Below, piece by piece: positions 24,980 through 37,144 of a DNA stretch of 64,000 bases (the stretch's first letter is position 1; every line of letters begins with the position of its first letter). The stretch is taken from contig MU008155.1 in the NCBI GenBank assembly GCA_010909165.1, positions 1,798,001 to 1,862,000 of the forward strand. Direction: 5' to 3'. The translations under genes were made by a program, and so were the position numbers. The notes below the pieces were generated by a model. The model was given only the letters and a program-made list of their open reading frames with translations, was not told where the DNA came from and ran no database searches. The stretch comes from Anthoceros angustus (Eukaryota; Plantae; Anthocerotophyta).

Positions 24980-27900
24980 CTTCATAACGGTTATGTATGA
25001 CTAGTCGGGACTCCATACTGTAGCTTTGTATGTAACAAAAAAAAGATGGCATTCAGTGGCGTCCACCAGACTTCCCTGAGCCACGATTGCCATCATTTCC
25101 ACGGCAAGAGATACACATAGTCTCGAATTGTTTTTTCCCCTCTAGTAGTACAGGGCTGTACACATAGCAGGTGGTGGATTGTCCGGTGCGAGCTACATTA
25201 TTACGATATAATGGAGTCCGGGGTGCCTGGGCTGGCCTGGCCTGGCCCTGCGACGGCGTTCCGTGGACCGTGGGGGCATAAGCGTGGTGGGTGCGAGTGG
25301 CAGCCAGTGCAAGAAAATTGCAAACAAAGGCGAGAGCCCGAGTGCAGGGCAGGCATGGGGGCCGGAACACCGACCAGCGAGCCGTCGTCAGACGGAGCCC
25401 CGGAGCGGGCTTCCCAGCAGCCTTTCCGCTTTCAAGTTAGATACTTGGAAAGCTTGGAAAGGATGAAGGGCCAGGCTTAAAATAATGGGTTGTATCTGCA
25501 AATGTGGTGTGGGCGAGCCTCGAGGATGGCTCTCAGACATGGGCATGGGGAAAAGAGAAGTGCGGTGAAGGCAGCAGAAATGGGCTTTGCAAAGCGTGGC
25601 GTGGCATGACAAAGACTGCAAAGTTGGCAGAAGCTGATGAGTGAGAGGCACAGGCTACAGGCTACAGGCTACAGCTTTGCGGAGAATCGTGATTCGTGAA
25701 GCTGGGCAGCGGCAGCATGCAAGCTTGCAAGCGTGGGAAGTTGGAAGGAGGGCAAAAGCATTGCATACATGCTTGTGCACATATCTCTTTACATGCGTGT
25801 GATGACACGCCGTACATAGTCCTGGTCTCGGTCCTGGTCCTGTGCAGGGCTTGCCACGAGTCCGCCTGCCAATCTCTGCTGCTGGTATGTGTACACACTG
25901 CTGCAGCTGCTCAAGACCTGGCCTGGAACAGCATATTCCCTCGCTCGCCTTCCTGCCAGGCCTCCCTTTGCGATGCTTATTAAATAATTACACCACCCGC
26001 AGTGCCGTATGTGCATTAATACGCACGCATAATACGTTTGGGGATTGCGATGGAGATGGAGCGGAATCCGCATTGGCCATTGGCTCCAGATGCAGTACTG
26101 TACATACATAGACGAAGTGGGTAGTGAGGGAAGGTGGGCATGCAATGCATACGATACGCTTGCCTCCTGGCGTTGCCATGAAGGCTTGGGGTTCCAGCTT
26201 CAACTTCCTTGGCTGGAGCATCTGGTTGCTGCAGTGTTGCAGAGCAGCATTGGTGCTGGTGTTGATCCGTGCCTGTGTGTGTGCCTGGCCTGGGCCCTGG
26301 TGCAGGCTGCAGCTGCAGCAGTGATCCGTTGCTATTATTGCGTGCCGTGGGTTGGCCAATGATGCCGCGCACTTGCACCCCTGCAAAAGCTGGAGTAGCA
26401 TGGGCTGGCTTCTCCACTGCCTTCATGTGGGCATACAGGGTTGCAACAGATGGAGATACACAGATGCGGGATGCGGGATGTCCCCTTTTTGGCTTTTGGT
26501 TTGATGAGTTTGAGTCTTGAGTGTTGTGCAAGCCGATGAGCGCAATAAATGTGGGAGCTGCTGTAGCATTGGCTGGCTATTCCCCTGGATGCTCGACGGT
26601 ATCTATCCACGGACTATTCATAAACATCCCCGGGGCGGGGGGCTGAGGGCGGAGGGCGAGGCCGGGGCCAGGACCCGGATCCACAATTCCACATGCCATG
26701 TAGAATGTAGCATAGCACGAAGCCATGGACTGTCTATGTACACTCGAGCTCGGTAGCTTGCGTAAGAGCAAAGGAAGTGATGGGTGCGTCGGAGCGGGCC
26801 CGCGAGATGTACGGATCGGGACGGAAGCGTGGTAAAAAGGGTGGAAGCTGACCTGGTGCAGCAGTGGCGTTCTGGCATCTTGCTTGGTGAGTGGAGTTGC
26901 TTCCACTTGTGGGCGGGGATTGAGAGCCTGCACCCATATTCCACAGGCAGCGTTAATCCATTGGGTGAGAAGATAATTAGATAGCTACTCTAGTGCCCCA
27001 CAACGCTGCACTGCACTGCACTGCACTGCACTGCACTCCACTCCACTCCACTCCACTCCAGTGCCTGGCTGCCGGCAGGAGTCGAAGGGCGAGATTAGAC
27101 GAACCGTTTACGTCATGCATGATGGGCGGAAATCCAGATCCCGATGGCCCGATACCGCGATAGCCCGATAGCCTGATAGCCCGGTAGCCCGATAGCCCGA
27201 TTTCCCGATTTCCCGATTTCCCGATTCCCCGATTCCCTGATTCCCAAATCCAAATGGGAAATGCCAACCTCGAGCCTTGCAGGTTGCAGGTTGCAGCCTC
27301 TGGTTCGTGGAAGCGCAAGCGGAAGGCAAGGGAGTGGCTGGGCTTGGAAGTTTCCTTTTCCTTGTCATGAGCTGTCATGTGGAGTGTGGAGGCGAGGCAG
27401 GGACCGGGTGTGTGGAGTTGATTAATGATGTGAGCAATGATAGGTTTGTTGGTCCATAAATGCGCGCAAAACAGAAGGCAGGCAGATCTGATGAGGATCC
27501 GGATGGCAGGAGGCCTCGGGTGCGGCGACCCCTTCTCGCGTGCGATGACGATTGCCCGATTGCCCGATTGCCCGATTGCCCGATTACCCGGCCCGGCCCC
27601 CCGGGCCCGCAGCTAAAGGGAATGAATGTACATATGTAATAGTAATGGATGTGTGTACGTTTTCATCAGACTCACAGGCCTCCGAGTTTGTTCCGAAATC
27701 CGAAATCCGAAATCCGAATCCCATCCAACTGTGAAGCCAGGCTTGAGGCTTGATGAGGCTCGGTGCAGTGCTGGGTGAGTCCAGTCAGGACTTGGGAGAT
27801 GAGCTCCGAGCCTCCCCAGGATGTAAGTATGTATTTCATTCAATGTGTGATGCAGTGTTGGACATGAAGACGTGAGAGCGAGTACCCACACGCATAGTCT

Positions 27901-30900
27901 GTCTACAATAAGGCCCAGGGAAAGGGAAAGGGAAAGGGAAAGTGAAAATGGGTACTAGTCTGAGTAGCAGCTGGTCGTACAGTGAGACGTTGTGTGCAGC
28001 CTAGCCTTTGCTTTCCTTCGCTACGGTGTGCGGCTCGAGTAATGTCCACGAGGAGCGGAAACGCAACGGGAACGTGAAGCCTGCATGTTGGTGGCACGAC
28101 CAGGACCACGATGAGAGCCTGGCCCTGCTGCTGCTGTCCCTGGCCCTGGGGCTGGAGTGGAAGTGGAAGTGGAAGTGGAAGTGGAAGTGAAAGTGGAGTA
28201 GGACTGCTGCGGCGCGCCCCCTCTCTCTCCTCTAGACTCTGTCTGTCGGTGGAGTCCCAGCCCAGCCCAGCCCAGCCCAGGCGTTCACACTTGCCATCCC
28301 GCTGCTTTTGCTTTTGCCGGGTTTTAGAGCTAGCGCAGTGTGAAGCGGAGAGCAAGCCTGCGTCGGCGTGTACGTCTGCATCTGCTTCTGCGTCTGCTGC
28401 TTCTTCTTCTCCTGCTTCTACTTCTTCTGCTTCTGCTTCTGCTTCTGCACCTGCTTCTGCTTCTGCTTCTGCTTCGTTGACTAGTGATGAGATGACTCTG
28501 GGCTGAGCTGTGTCCGAGTGCTCTCATCTGTGAGCCTCTCTTGACAGGTCTGTTCCGTTGAGCTCAGCTCGGCTGCTTAGCAAGCGAAACAGAACGACAG
28601 GATTCGGTGGCGCTGGCTGCCCCGCCTGCTAGGGCCTGCGAATCGGCACGGCTGCTGCAGCACTGGAGTCGAGTCTGCGTGCAAGGCAAGCCCGAGATCG
28701 GACCGGATCGGCCGAGGCCGAGCATTCTGGGCGGCCGTACCGTTCCAAATTAAACTCCCGGGCTTCACTTCCCTACAACCTGCCAGAGGCCCTGGCCGCT
28801 GTTGCAGAGCCCGACTGTAGCAAATAAACATGTGCACATGTGTACATACTGCATGCTGTCACACTGTACAGTACGCACACTACATGTACATATTTACGTT
28901 GCATATTTACTATTTACTGTAGGACGGCCCACACGCAGCGACGAGGTTGTGAGAGGTTGGGGCCAGCGGCTGCCCTAAAGTTAGATAGTGCCGACTGCCG
29001 ACAGCAGGGAACTGGAAGAGGGGGCGGGGCGGGGATCCCGCATCTCTTTCCGTGGGGGCCGGTGCAACTTGCAACTTGCACGGGAACCGGAACCGGAACG
29101 GGAACGGGAACGGGAACCGGAAGCTCCCGGGTGGGTCTGGGCCTGGGGCCTGCGGCGTGGCCCCGTGGGCGTGCAACGGAACACGGTGTTACGGACGTCG
29201 TCAAGGTGGCAACTGCCACTCCAACCCCAGCAGTAGCAGTAGCAGTGGCAGTCACGATTCACGATTCACGATTCACGATTCACGATTCACGCTCCGCCCA
29301 CTAAGCTAGGCTAATAACAGCGAGTCCCCAGCCACAGCGGGCTGTAAGTGAGCAGTGAGCGTTACATGATATGCAACGTGATCGCCAATTAGCGTCGTAC
29401 GATTACAGCCATGGCTGCTAATGATGGATTAGGCGTCACGAAGCGTCGGGCTCATTGCCATGGATGGCTAGGCTAAGTAACGCACAACGCACAAGGCACC
29501 CGCCGGCGCCCAGCGATAACAAACATGAGATGACTGTGTAAACGTATGTATGTACGCACATACATATGTACATACATACGTACGTACGTACACATCGTTC
29601 ATCGCAGGCCGCAGGGCGCACGGGCCGGCCCGAGCCGGACCGCGCGGGGGTGCTCGCAAGGCTAGGCCCACGGTTACCACAAAATCTGGCGGCACATCTA
29701 GACGCCGGCTAACTTGACGGCCCCTGTCCCGGCCCCGGGTGGCCCCAAGCCCGACTGCCCAATAATGACGCCACTTGGCCACAAGCTCGTGAGCGTGCAA
29801 CAGGAGTGCGCTTCCGTGCTCGGGGGCCTCCCATTTCCAAATTCCCCCCACACCCTCGTCCCCCATCTTGCAACTTGCAAGTCACAAAACTTGACAAGCA
29901 CTTCCCCACGGCAAGGCTAAGCTTCCATCCAACCGGTCGACTCGCCACTGCGACTTGGACTTGCAATGTTGTCAAGTTTATGGCCGTCCACGGACAAGCC
30001 ACCCGACAGCGATTTTGGCCCCCCGAATCTCTGCCTCTGCCTCTGCCTCTGCGTCTGCATCTGCGTCTGCGTCTGCGTCTGCCTCTGCCCCTCCCGAGTC
30101 CCGGACCTCGGTCTGCACCCTGCAGTCTGCACTGCATATAATCCCATCCCATATATACCCCGCATGAATGGAATGTAGTCGATGCACACATCTTACCTCG
30201 CCCTGAACCCTGAACCCTGAACCCTGAACCCTGAACCCTGGAGCAGGCTGATGAAACATGTTGTTGGAGTCGCGCCAAACACCGCCAAATGATTGAATAT
30301 CAACTGCGCCTGCGCCTGCTCATGCGCATGTTGGAGGTTCTGTTGCAGCTTGCTCCAACACCGAACAGCAAGCACACCGCCCAGCCCCGCGATGCCATCC
30401 ATGCCTGCTGGCTCCCGCAACCGCAACGGGACCCGCAACCGGACAACCTCCTCGAACCCCGCCTGCCTACTAGGAGCCAGGCTCTGCCATCTCTCTACCA
30501 CTTTACTCTAACTCTTGCAAACGCACACACGTTTCGTCACTTCACTTCCACTTTCACCACCTACTTACCTGACATTACATTGCATGTGCCGTCCCAAGAG
30601 AATGACCTAAGACAGGATTACAGCAACCACGCGGACGGGGAAGCGGACGCGGGCGCGGACGCGGACGCGGACGCGGATGCGGATGCGGACGCATATTTAT
30701 GTACAAGGATTAAATGATTCCATCACAAGCATAAAAATATAATATCTCTCCTACTTCATTAAATATCGATTAATAAGTTGTTGGAATATATATATTGTTG
30801 ACTACATGATTAAAGAGGGTGGATTCTCTATCTTGGAGGGCACAATGCCCCAATAAAAGAAGAGAATATTCGTCCCAAAAGCATCTTTCTCATCATGTCT

Positions 30901-31700
30901 TTCCGACATTTGACCATATTCAAAAAAACATTGAAATGGAGAATGGAGTATGGAGTCTTGAATAACGCTTAGCTTACCTCTTACCTCAACAACCAACCAC
31001 TAACCCCTTGGGACGGAGGATGCACTCCATTCGGAGACGGTGCATTGCACACAATTGCGTCATCGCTTAAGATGCTGTGCCTCAAAAACCATTACGAGTC
31101 AAAAATTTGGTAAAATGGCGTGCGTCCATAAGGCATGCAGACTGTATGTGGGGATATGGGGAGGGAGAAGTTACAAAAACAGTTTGGTCAACGAGTGGAT
31201 TCTCGGCCGTCGGGAATGGGAATGGGAAATGGGAATGGGACCTCGGAAGGGAGAAGAAAGGGGGGAGGGAGTGGGCGGGAGTGAAAAGATGAACAGGACG
31301 AGGAAGACAAGGGGAATGGAAGTCCATCCGCTTTGCACTGCATATTCGCATGTGCTGGCCTGCTGGGGCCTTGTCAAGAGATTCGGAATCCTCCCCACGC
31401 CCTGGACCCTGGACCCTGGACCCCATTTGCCTCGCCATTGCCAAACCTCATCATGCCCTCAGCATCTGGCCCAATTGTCGCACAGCTGTCGGTGCCAATT
31501 TCCGACTCCATTTTCAATTTCCATTTCCATTTCCATTTCAATTTCGGGCTGGGCCGCCCGGGATGTGATGTGATGTGATGTGATGTGATGTGATGTGGTG
31601 TGATGCGATGTGGCCGAATATCGCGCGCCCGGGCACGGGAGTCGGGGCCGGGGTCTGGCGCCGGGACCGGGACCGGGACCGGGACCGGGACCGGCAAGGG
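24060..31700. repeat. Gene-poor region dense in short 4-7-bp tandem repeats of many motif types
   Basis: (GCAGA)n near 24070, (TTCCA)n near 24765, (GCCT)n near 24940, (CTGCA)/(CTCCA)n near 27005, (CCCGATT)n near 27190 and 27555, (AAGTGG)n near 28160, (CACGATT)n near 29255, (CCCTGAA)n near 30200, (GATGT)n near 31562, (CCGGGA)n near 31660. Confidence 0.85.
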
Positions 31701-31899
31701 CTGACGTGGCGACCGCGCATCTGCGACATGCCTTCGCCTTGCTTGTGTGGTGTGTCAGACAGACTTTATCAGGCCATATTTCCCATGCGCTGTAACGGCA
31801 TATAATATAGGCATGTGGGGAGGGGAGCGGGCCGCGGCTTCACAAACACCAGATCCGACGGGGATATGTATCGCAGGTGTGTAGTGCAGGTAAGCTTAA

Positions 31900-33290
31900 T
31901 TTTTTATTAGGGAAAGAGAGATGGGGTGAACCCATTTTCTAAAGTTGACCCAAGGGGCATGTCTCAAGTGGCCTACAGCGCCTATAATGTCATAGAATGC
32001 AATATATTACTCAACTAGTCTTGGAGTCCTAGTAGCTTCTCTCCATAAGATAGCATCTCTTGGAGTCCTAATAGCTACTCTCCATAAGATAGCCCTTTCT
32101 TGCAAATGCCCTGTGGAAGGCAATGGACGGATGCATCTCTTGGAGTCCTACTCACTCCTCTCCATAAGATAGCCCCTGCAAATGCGCTTTGGAGGGCAAT
32201 GGACACCGGCTGCCGAAAGAATGCCCTGTGAAATAAGAGAGAGGTAGACCCGCTCCATGTCTCCTTGTATGCTATGCTCTGGCATAGGATTCGCTCCTCA
32301 ACTCCTGATACAAAGTCCTTGAAAAAGAGCTTGTCGTGAAACAAAGAGACGGGAGGCCACAGCAGAGACAGAGACAGAGACAGAGCCAGAGCCAGAGAAA
32401 GCCTAGTTGCCCAAGAACGTCGCTGGTGAGGATTCCTCCATGGAAACCAAATGTGTTTTGCCACAAGCCACTGGCAAGGATGTTTGTTGAGGATGCTTGT
32501 TTGATGGACACTTAAAAGCCTTTGGGCCTAGGATGTCTCCCAAGACATCCATGATCTTCTTGTTGAACTCCTTAAGGCCTAAGAGAAGAATTGGAGAAGG
32601 AGGCAATGTGTGAATAAGGTAACTTGGGCGTTTGGCAAAGCACGGAGAGAGAATGCCCCGAAGCCTCCAATGCGTCCTCCAGAATAGGACAGGAAAGATC
32701 ATTCGCCAAGGCAAGGTCCAAAATAGTCCCCTTTAAAGTTCTAAATCACCAAACAAGACTCTCAAAATCCACAACCCTGGATCCACGGTGCCAAGTTTGG
32801 TCTTTATCGGTTCTTTACAATTTTGCGGAATGCCTTCACACCAAACACTACGGATTCACAACTTCCGATCTGGCAATCCCAAATTCAAGGGGATTCGAGA
32901 TGCTACTAGAGGAGAGTGCAGCACTAAAGGGCAATAGTGCGGCTAATAACCTACATGAAGGCCTCCCCAACCACAAGTGGGCGCACGCCAAAACCTGGAA
33001 GGGGTTTGTTCATAGCAACTTGAGAGATTTGGAGAAGGGTCACACTTTGAGCCACAACAGCAGCCAAAAGGAAGAGATCATAAAAGCCACTAGATAAATC
33101 TTGTGGACAAAAGTACTGCATGAGATACTCTACCACCATACCCGACAGCCTAGCAAAGGATGAACGTGGAGCTCTTGAAAGAGCCATAGAAAAGTAATCC
33201 ATCAAGAAAAAATAAATCCTCATATGAAATCCCTCCAAGTTAGATAGAGTGTCTCAAGTACAACAATACTCTCCTCAAAAGTGAAGGGCC
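31900..33290 (-). mobile_element. Decayed, internally deleted CRE-like (RT+RLE) non-LTR retrotransposon
   Basis: Minus-strand remnants: GFGVRPLVVGEAF (RT RPIAVGE-type motif, near 32960); CFAKRPSYLIHTLPP...FNKKIMDVLGDILG...QTSLPV (RT C-terminal region); AFFRQPVSIALQSAFAGAI (same C-terminal motif as the element at 1-709); hairpin at 31921-31935 and AATAAA at 31903-31908. 5' boundary approximate. Confidence 0.75.
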
Positions 33291-33349
33291 ATGGGAAGCT
33301 AGTAACGGGCGTATTCACCTGCCTGGCCCGCCGGAGGTTTGCCGCAACT

Positions 33350-33498
33350 CCCCGGACCTAGTCCGGGGTGTTGCGTAGATTGTGCAGGTAAGTGACATAC
33401 GCCCCGGACCTGGTCCGCCTGTTGTGCAGATTGTGCAGTGACATATGCACCGGACCTAGTCCGCCTGCTGTGCACATTGTGCAGGTAAGTGACATATG
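33350..33498. repeat. Three-copy 46-52-bp minisatellite with an internal palindrome
   Basis: Units start CC(C/A)CGGACCT(A/G)GTCCG and continue ...TTGTGCAG(GTAAG)TGACATA(C/T)G. Confidence 0.85.
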
Positions 33499-35596
33499 TA
33501 GTGTGGCGTGACGTGGGCAGGGTACACTAGGCGCACACTGGGACGGCACTCACTCGCTGCCACCTCACTAATTATTCATTATCCATATGACGTCGGCGGT
33601 AATCATTTCCGGCATCGGCCCCGACTCCGACCCCGACCCCGACCCCGACCCCGGCCCCAGGCTTCAACTTCCCAGTTCCGGGCCCCGGCCCGGCACCGGC
33701 ACCGGCACCGGCACTGCTGGAATTTCTTGTGGTGGGTATAATTAGCAGCCGGAATTAAGGATACGCGGCCGCCCGCTTCTTGAACGAAAGTCAGGACCGG
33801 GCGCGAGGAAAAGGCAAGGAGGGCAGGCAGGCAGGCGGGGCGTGGGCCACCGGCACCGGATAAAGCGCCCGCTCGACCTTCAGCCCTGACTGATCCCCCT
33901 CCCTCCCTTGCCCTTTCGCTTTCCTTTCCCTCTCCCGCTCGCTTTCGTTTGAGCTTCCGCTGGCTCGCTCGCCTGCTCTCGCAGCTACTTCACTTCGCCT
34001 TCTCTGCCTCTTCCTTCCCGCGCGGCTATGCTCTGCGCTTCCCTACCGCAGCCGCCGCCGTAGCCATCACGTCTTCTCCTCCTCCGTCTTTGTGTTGTTG
34101 GAATCGAGGGCAAGGCGTGCCCACAGGCGGCCCCAGGCGCCGGAGCTCAAGAGAGCTGAAGCAGCCTGAGAGCTCATCGGGGAGGCGGACGCCAAGCCAG
34201 GGCTTTGCCGGCCCGGCATTGGATCGCGTTGCCGCGGTGATGCGGCCGCGCACGCTGCCGTGCCAGCCTCCGGCCGCCTTCACTTTGTCCATCCCGATTT
34301 CCTGCGGCCGCGCATGCGGATCGCGCCGCGGCGTGAGGCTGCCGGTGCTGGAATTCGGTGCTGCCGAAAGCATGCGGCATTCCGGGAATTTCAGCGGGGG
34401 TACGGGGCTTCCGGGAAGAAGCGCGGAATTTGCTGCCGCCTGACTCCAGCTCGCATCTGCAGCCGTGCGCCTGTGCCATTGCTTTGCTTGTCGTAGCCGC
34501 CGCCGCTGGTAGCAATCTGGAAGTCCATGGAGGACAGGGAAAGGTAGACATGTGCGGCGTCGCCATGCTGTTTGTGCTGGGAGGCAGACCTGACACTCGG
34601 GCCGGCACCGTGCCGGGCTTGCTCTTGGAATTGTACCGGGAGGCTGGGAGAGCCCAGTTGAAGGGCTTGGAACAACTTCATCTGCTGCGCTACCATTGGA
34701 TGCGCGGCCTCTAGACTATTGCTTTCTGCGCCGCACTTCACTTGATCTCGGACGCCTGCTTGTGCCGTGCAGACTGGCGTGCTTGCCAAAGTCCCTACCT
34801 GCCTAGCGTCCCTTCCCTGGATCTCAATCGCGCGCCATCGCCGCTGTAGGCTCCGCTTCTCCCTTTGGCGGCCAGGTCTACGCTAGGCTTAAGCAGATCT
34901 CCTTTCGCGAGCCCGCGGGCCTGCTAGCCGCGCACCAATTCGGTGGCCATATGAAGCAACAGATCCGTCTTGCAGGACGCGGGCGCCATGGCTGTACAGG
35001 ACTGTACATGTCCCGCCACTTGCTGCTCGTTTCAGCACTGTGCCAGTCTCATATTCCAGTTCCTGCTGCAGCTCAGCAACATTAAGCTCTAGGCAATGCG
35101 GTGCGCCTCTGTACTGGCCGTATCGAATTGTGTCTGTGTCCTTTGCATCAGGGCTGCTGCTGCTTCTTCACTTTGCTGGAATTCCGACTCGCCTTCGGCT
35201 TCCTGCACAAGCCATTGTCAGTAGCTAGCTTGCTGTCACTTGTGCGTTTTACAAGTCGGATTTGCAATTCTACCAGGTGGCGCGGCGCGGGCGCGAAGTA
35301 TAGTAGCGTGGGGCACAACGGCAGCAGCATAAAGCATGTGGAAGCGCTGCAATCGATTGTTGTTGAGGTAGAGAAGGAGGAGTGCTGAAGCCAGATCTGG
35401 AGCACTTGAATTCTGCACCTGGTCCCGTGTGAGCTGGGATAGCAGCGCTTAGGTATATATGATGTAGGGCAAGGATATGTGAATGCAGCAGGTCCTGAGC
35501 CAGGCTTGCGTTGAGATTAGGAGGTGGATGAAGCTGGCTGCAACGGTGTTGCATGGAAGGTGGAATTTGTAGCGGGTGCAAAGAAGCAAGAGAGGG

Positions 35597-37144
35597 ATGC
35601 AATCTGTGCCATTCCCACTGCCGCAGCAGCCGTGCAGCGTGCACCTTTACCGTAACGCCATTTCTTCAAAGCAGCGGGTCCCGGAGCAACAGCAGCAGCA
35701 GCAGCAGCAACAGCAACAACAACTGTTACAGCAACAAGCAGAGCAGGAGCAGGTTCAGGAGCAGCAGCACCAGCAATTCCACGTCCTGCTCCTCCAGCTG
35801 CATCAGATGCTCGGCTCTCACCAGCCTGTGGATACCAGCAACAACAAGAGCCAACAACAGCAGCAGCAGGAGCCGTCGGACAGCAACAGCAACATCGCAG
35901 GCGGGGGAGGCGGGTCCGGGTCCGGGTCGGGAAGCGGGAGCGGGAGCGGCACCAGCCCGGGCCCCAGCCCGGCAGCCTCCTCTTCATCGAGCCTCAAGGA
36001 GCTGCTCCACGAGTGCGTGCGGGCCGTGGTGCGCAGCGAGTGGGAGACGGCCCTGCAGCTTCTGCTGGCCGTGTCCCCGCGCGTGTCCACGCAGGGCGAC
36101 GCGTCGGAGCGCGTGTGCGCCTTCCTGGCGGGGGCCCTGGTGAGCCGGGTGGGCGCGGGGCTGGGTGACATCCCGGTGTTGCAGCTGGTGTCCATCCCGG
36201 GCGTGCTGCCCTGCCTGCAGCCGGCGTCGGGCGAGGAGCTGCAGGCGGCGTACCTGGCGCTGAACCAGGTGACGCCCTTCATCCGCTTCGCGCACCTGAC
36301 GGCCAACCAGGCCATTCTCGAAGCCCTCCACGAGTCCGCGCCGGCTGTGCACATTGTGGACCTGGAGATCATGCAGGGCGTGCAGTGGCCGCCCCTGATG
36401 CAGGCCCTGGCGCAGCGGGAGCCCGTCCCGCGGCTGCGCATCACGGCGTGCCTGGGGCCGGGCCAGAACGCGGCGTCCCTGGAGCAGACGGGGATGCGGC
36501 TGGCGGAGTTCGCGCGCTCGCTGGATCTGCCCTTCGACTTCGCCACCTGCGCGCGCCCGGGCGAAGGCCCACTCGACCAGCTGCTGCTTCCATCTTCTTC
36601 GAGCTCTGGAGCATCCCAAGACGAGGCCCTGGCGGTGAATTGCGTGCTGACGCTGCACCGGGTCCTGGAGCAGGGGCCGGGCGCGCTCCAGGCTCTGCTG
36701 CAGGCCGTGAAGGCGCTGCGGCCGCAGGTGGTGACGCTGGCGGAGCGGGAGGCGAACCACAACCAGCCCGGGCTGCAGGACAGATTCGACCATGCCCTGC
36801 ACCACTACGGCGCGCTCTTCGACTCCCTGGAGGCCACTCTCCCGCCGCGCTCCCCCGAGCGCGTCATCGTGGAGCACATGTGCTTCGGGCGCGAGATCGC
36901 CAACATCATCGCCTGCGAGGGCTCCGCCAGGACCGAGCGCCACCAGACCTCGCAGCAGTGGACGGAATTCATGGACGCCGCCGGCTTCTCCCACGTCCCC
37001 TTCAGCACCTTCGCGCTGGCGCAGGCTCGCTTGCTTCTCCGCCTGCATTACCCCTCCGAGGGCTACACGCTGCAGGAGGGCGATATGTGCTTGTTTCTGG
37101 GCTGGCAGGAGCGACCGCTATACGCGGTCTCCTCCTGGTCATGA
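35597..37144 (+). CDS. LAS: GRAS transcription regulator, LATERAL SUPPRESSOR/MOC1 (SCL18) subfamily, intronless GRAS domain with polyQ N-terminus
   Basis: YLALNQVTPFIRFAHLTANQAILEA, VHIVD, QWPPLMQALA, LAVNC, VVTLAEREANHN, LLLRLHYPSEGY (LAS-typical), LGWQERPLYAVSSW. ATG 35597 assumed; an upstream exon is not excluded. Confidence 0.88.
   Translation: MQSVPFPLPQQPCSVHLYRNAISSKQRVPEQQQQQQQQQQQQLLQQQAEQEQVQEQQHQQFHVLLLQLHQMLGSHQPVDTSNNKSQQQQQQEPSDSNSNIAGGGGGSGSGSGSGSGSGTSPGPSPAASSSSSLKELLHECVRAVVRSEWETALQLLLAVSPRVSTQGDASERVCAFLAGALVSRVGAGLGDIPVLQLVSIPGVLPCLQPASGEELQAAYLALNQVTPFIRFAHLTANQAILEALHESAPAVHIVDLEIMQGVQWPPLMQALAQREPVPRLRITACLGPGQNAASLEQTGMRLAEFARSLDLPFDFATCARPGEGPLDQLLLPSSSSSGASQDEALAVNCVLTLHRVLEQGPGALQALLQAVKALRPQVVTLAEREANHNQPGLQDRFDHALHHYGALFDSLEATLPPRSPERVIVEHMCFGREIANIIACEGSARTERHQTSQQWTEFMDAAGFSHVPFSTFALAQARLLLRLHYPSEGYTLQEGDMCLFLGWQERPLYAVSSWS

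Noticed and set aside
22900-31850. Conserved plant miRNA precursors (miR156/160/166/171/319/390/408/477/529/530/535/536) and CLE/DVL peptides
   Set aside because: No convincing mature sequence or peptide motif found by eye; only partial resemblances (e.g. VRRCV near 27980, short inverted repeat 28502-28568). A proper search is still needed.
33301-33310. AGTAACGGGC resembling the LTR start AGTAACGGCAC
   Set aside because: Match limited to 8 bp with no further LTR similarity; likely chance.
33350-33498. CRISPR-like array
   Set aside because: Eukaryotic context, no unique spacers, no cas genes; a simple minisatellite.
36300-36340. Possible miR477/miR171 target site in the GRAS gene
   Set aside because: Sequence at the ILEAL region (GAAGCCCTCCACGAG) has too many mismatches to the miR477 complement, and no miR171 site was seen.
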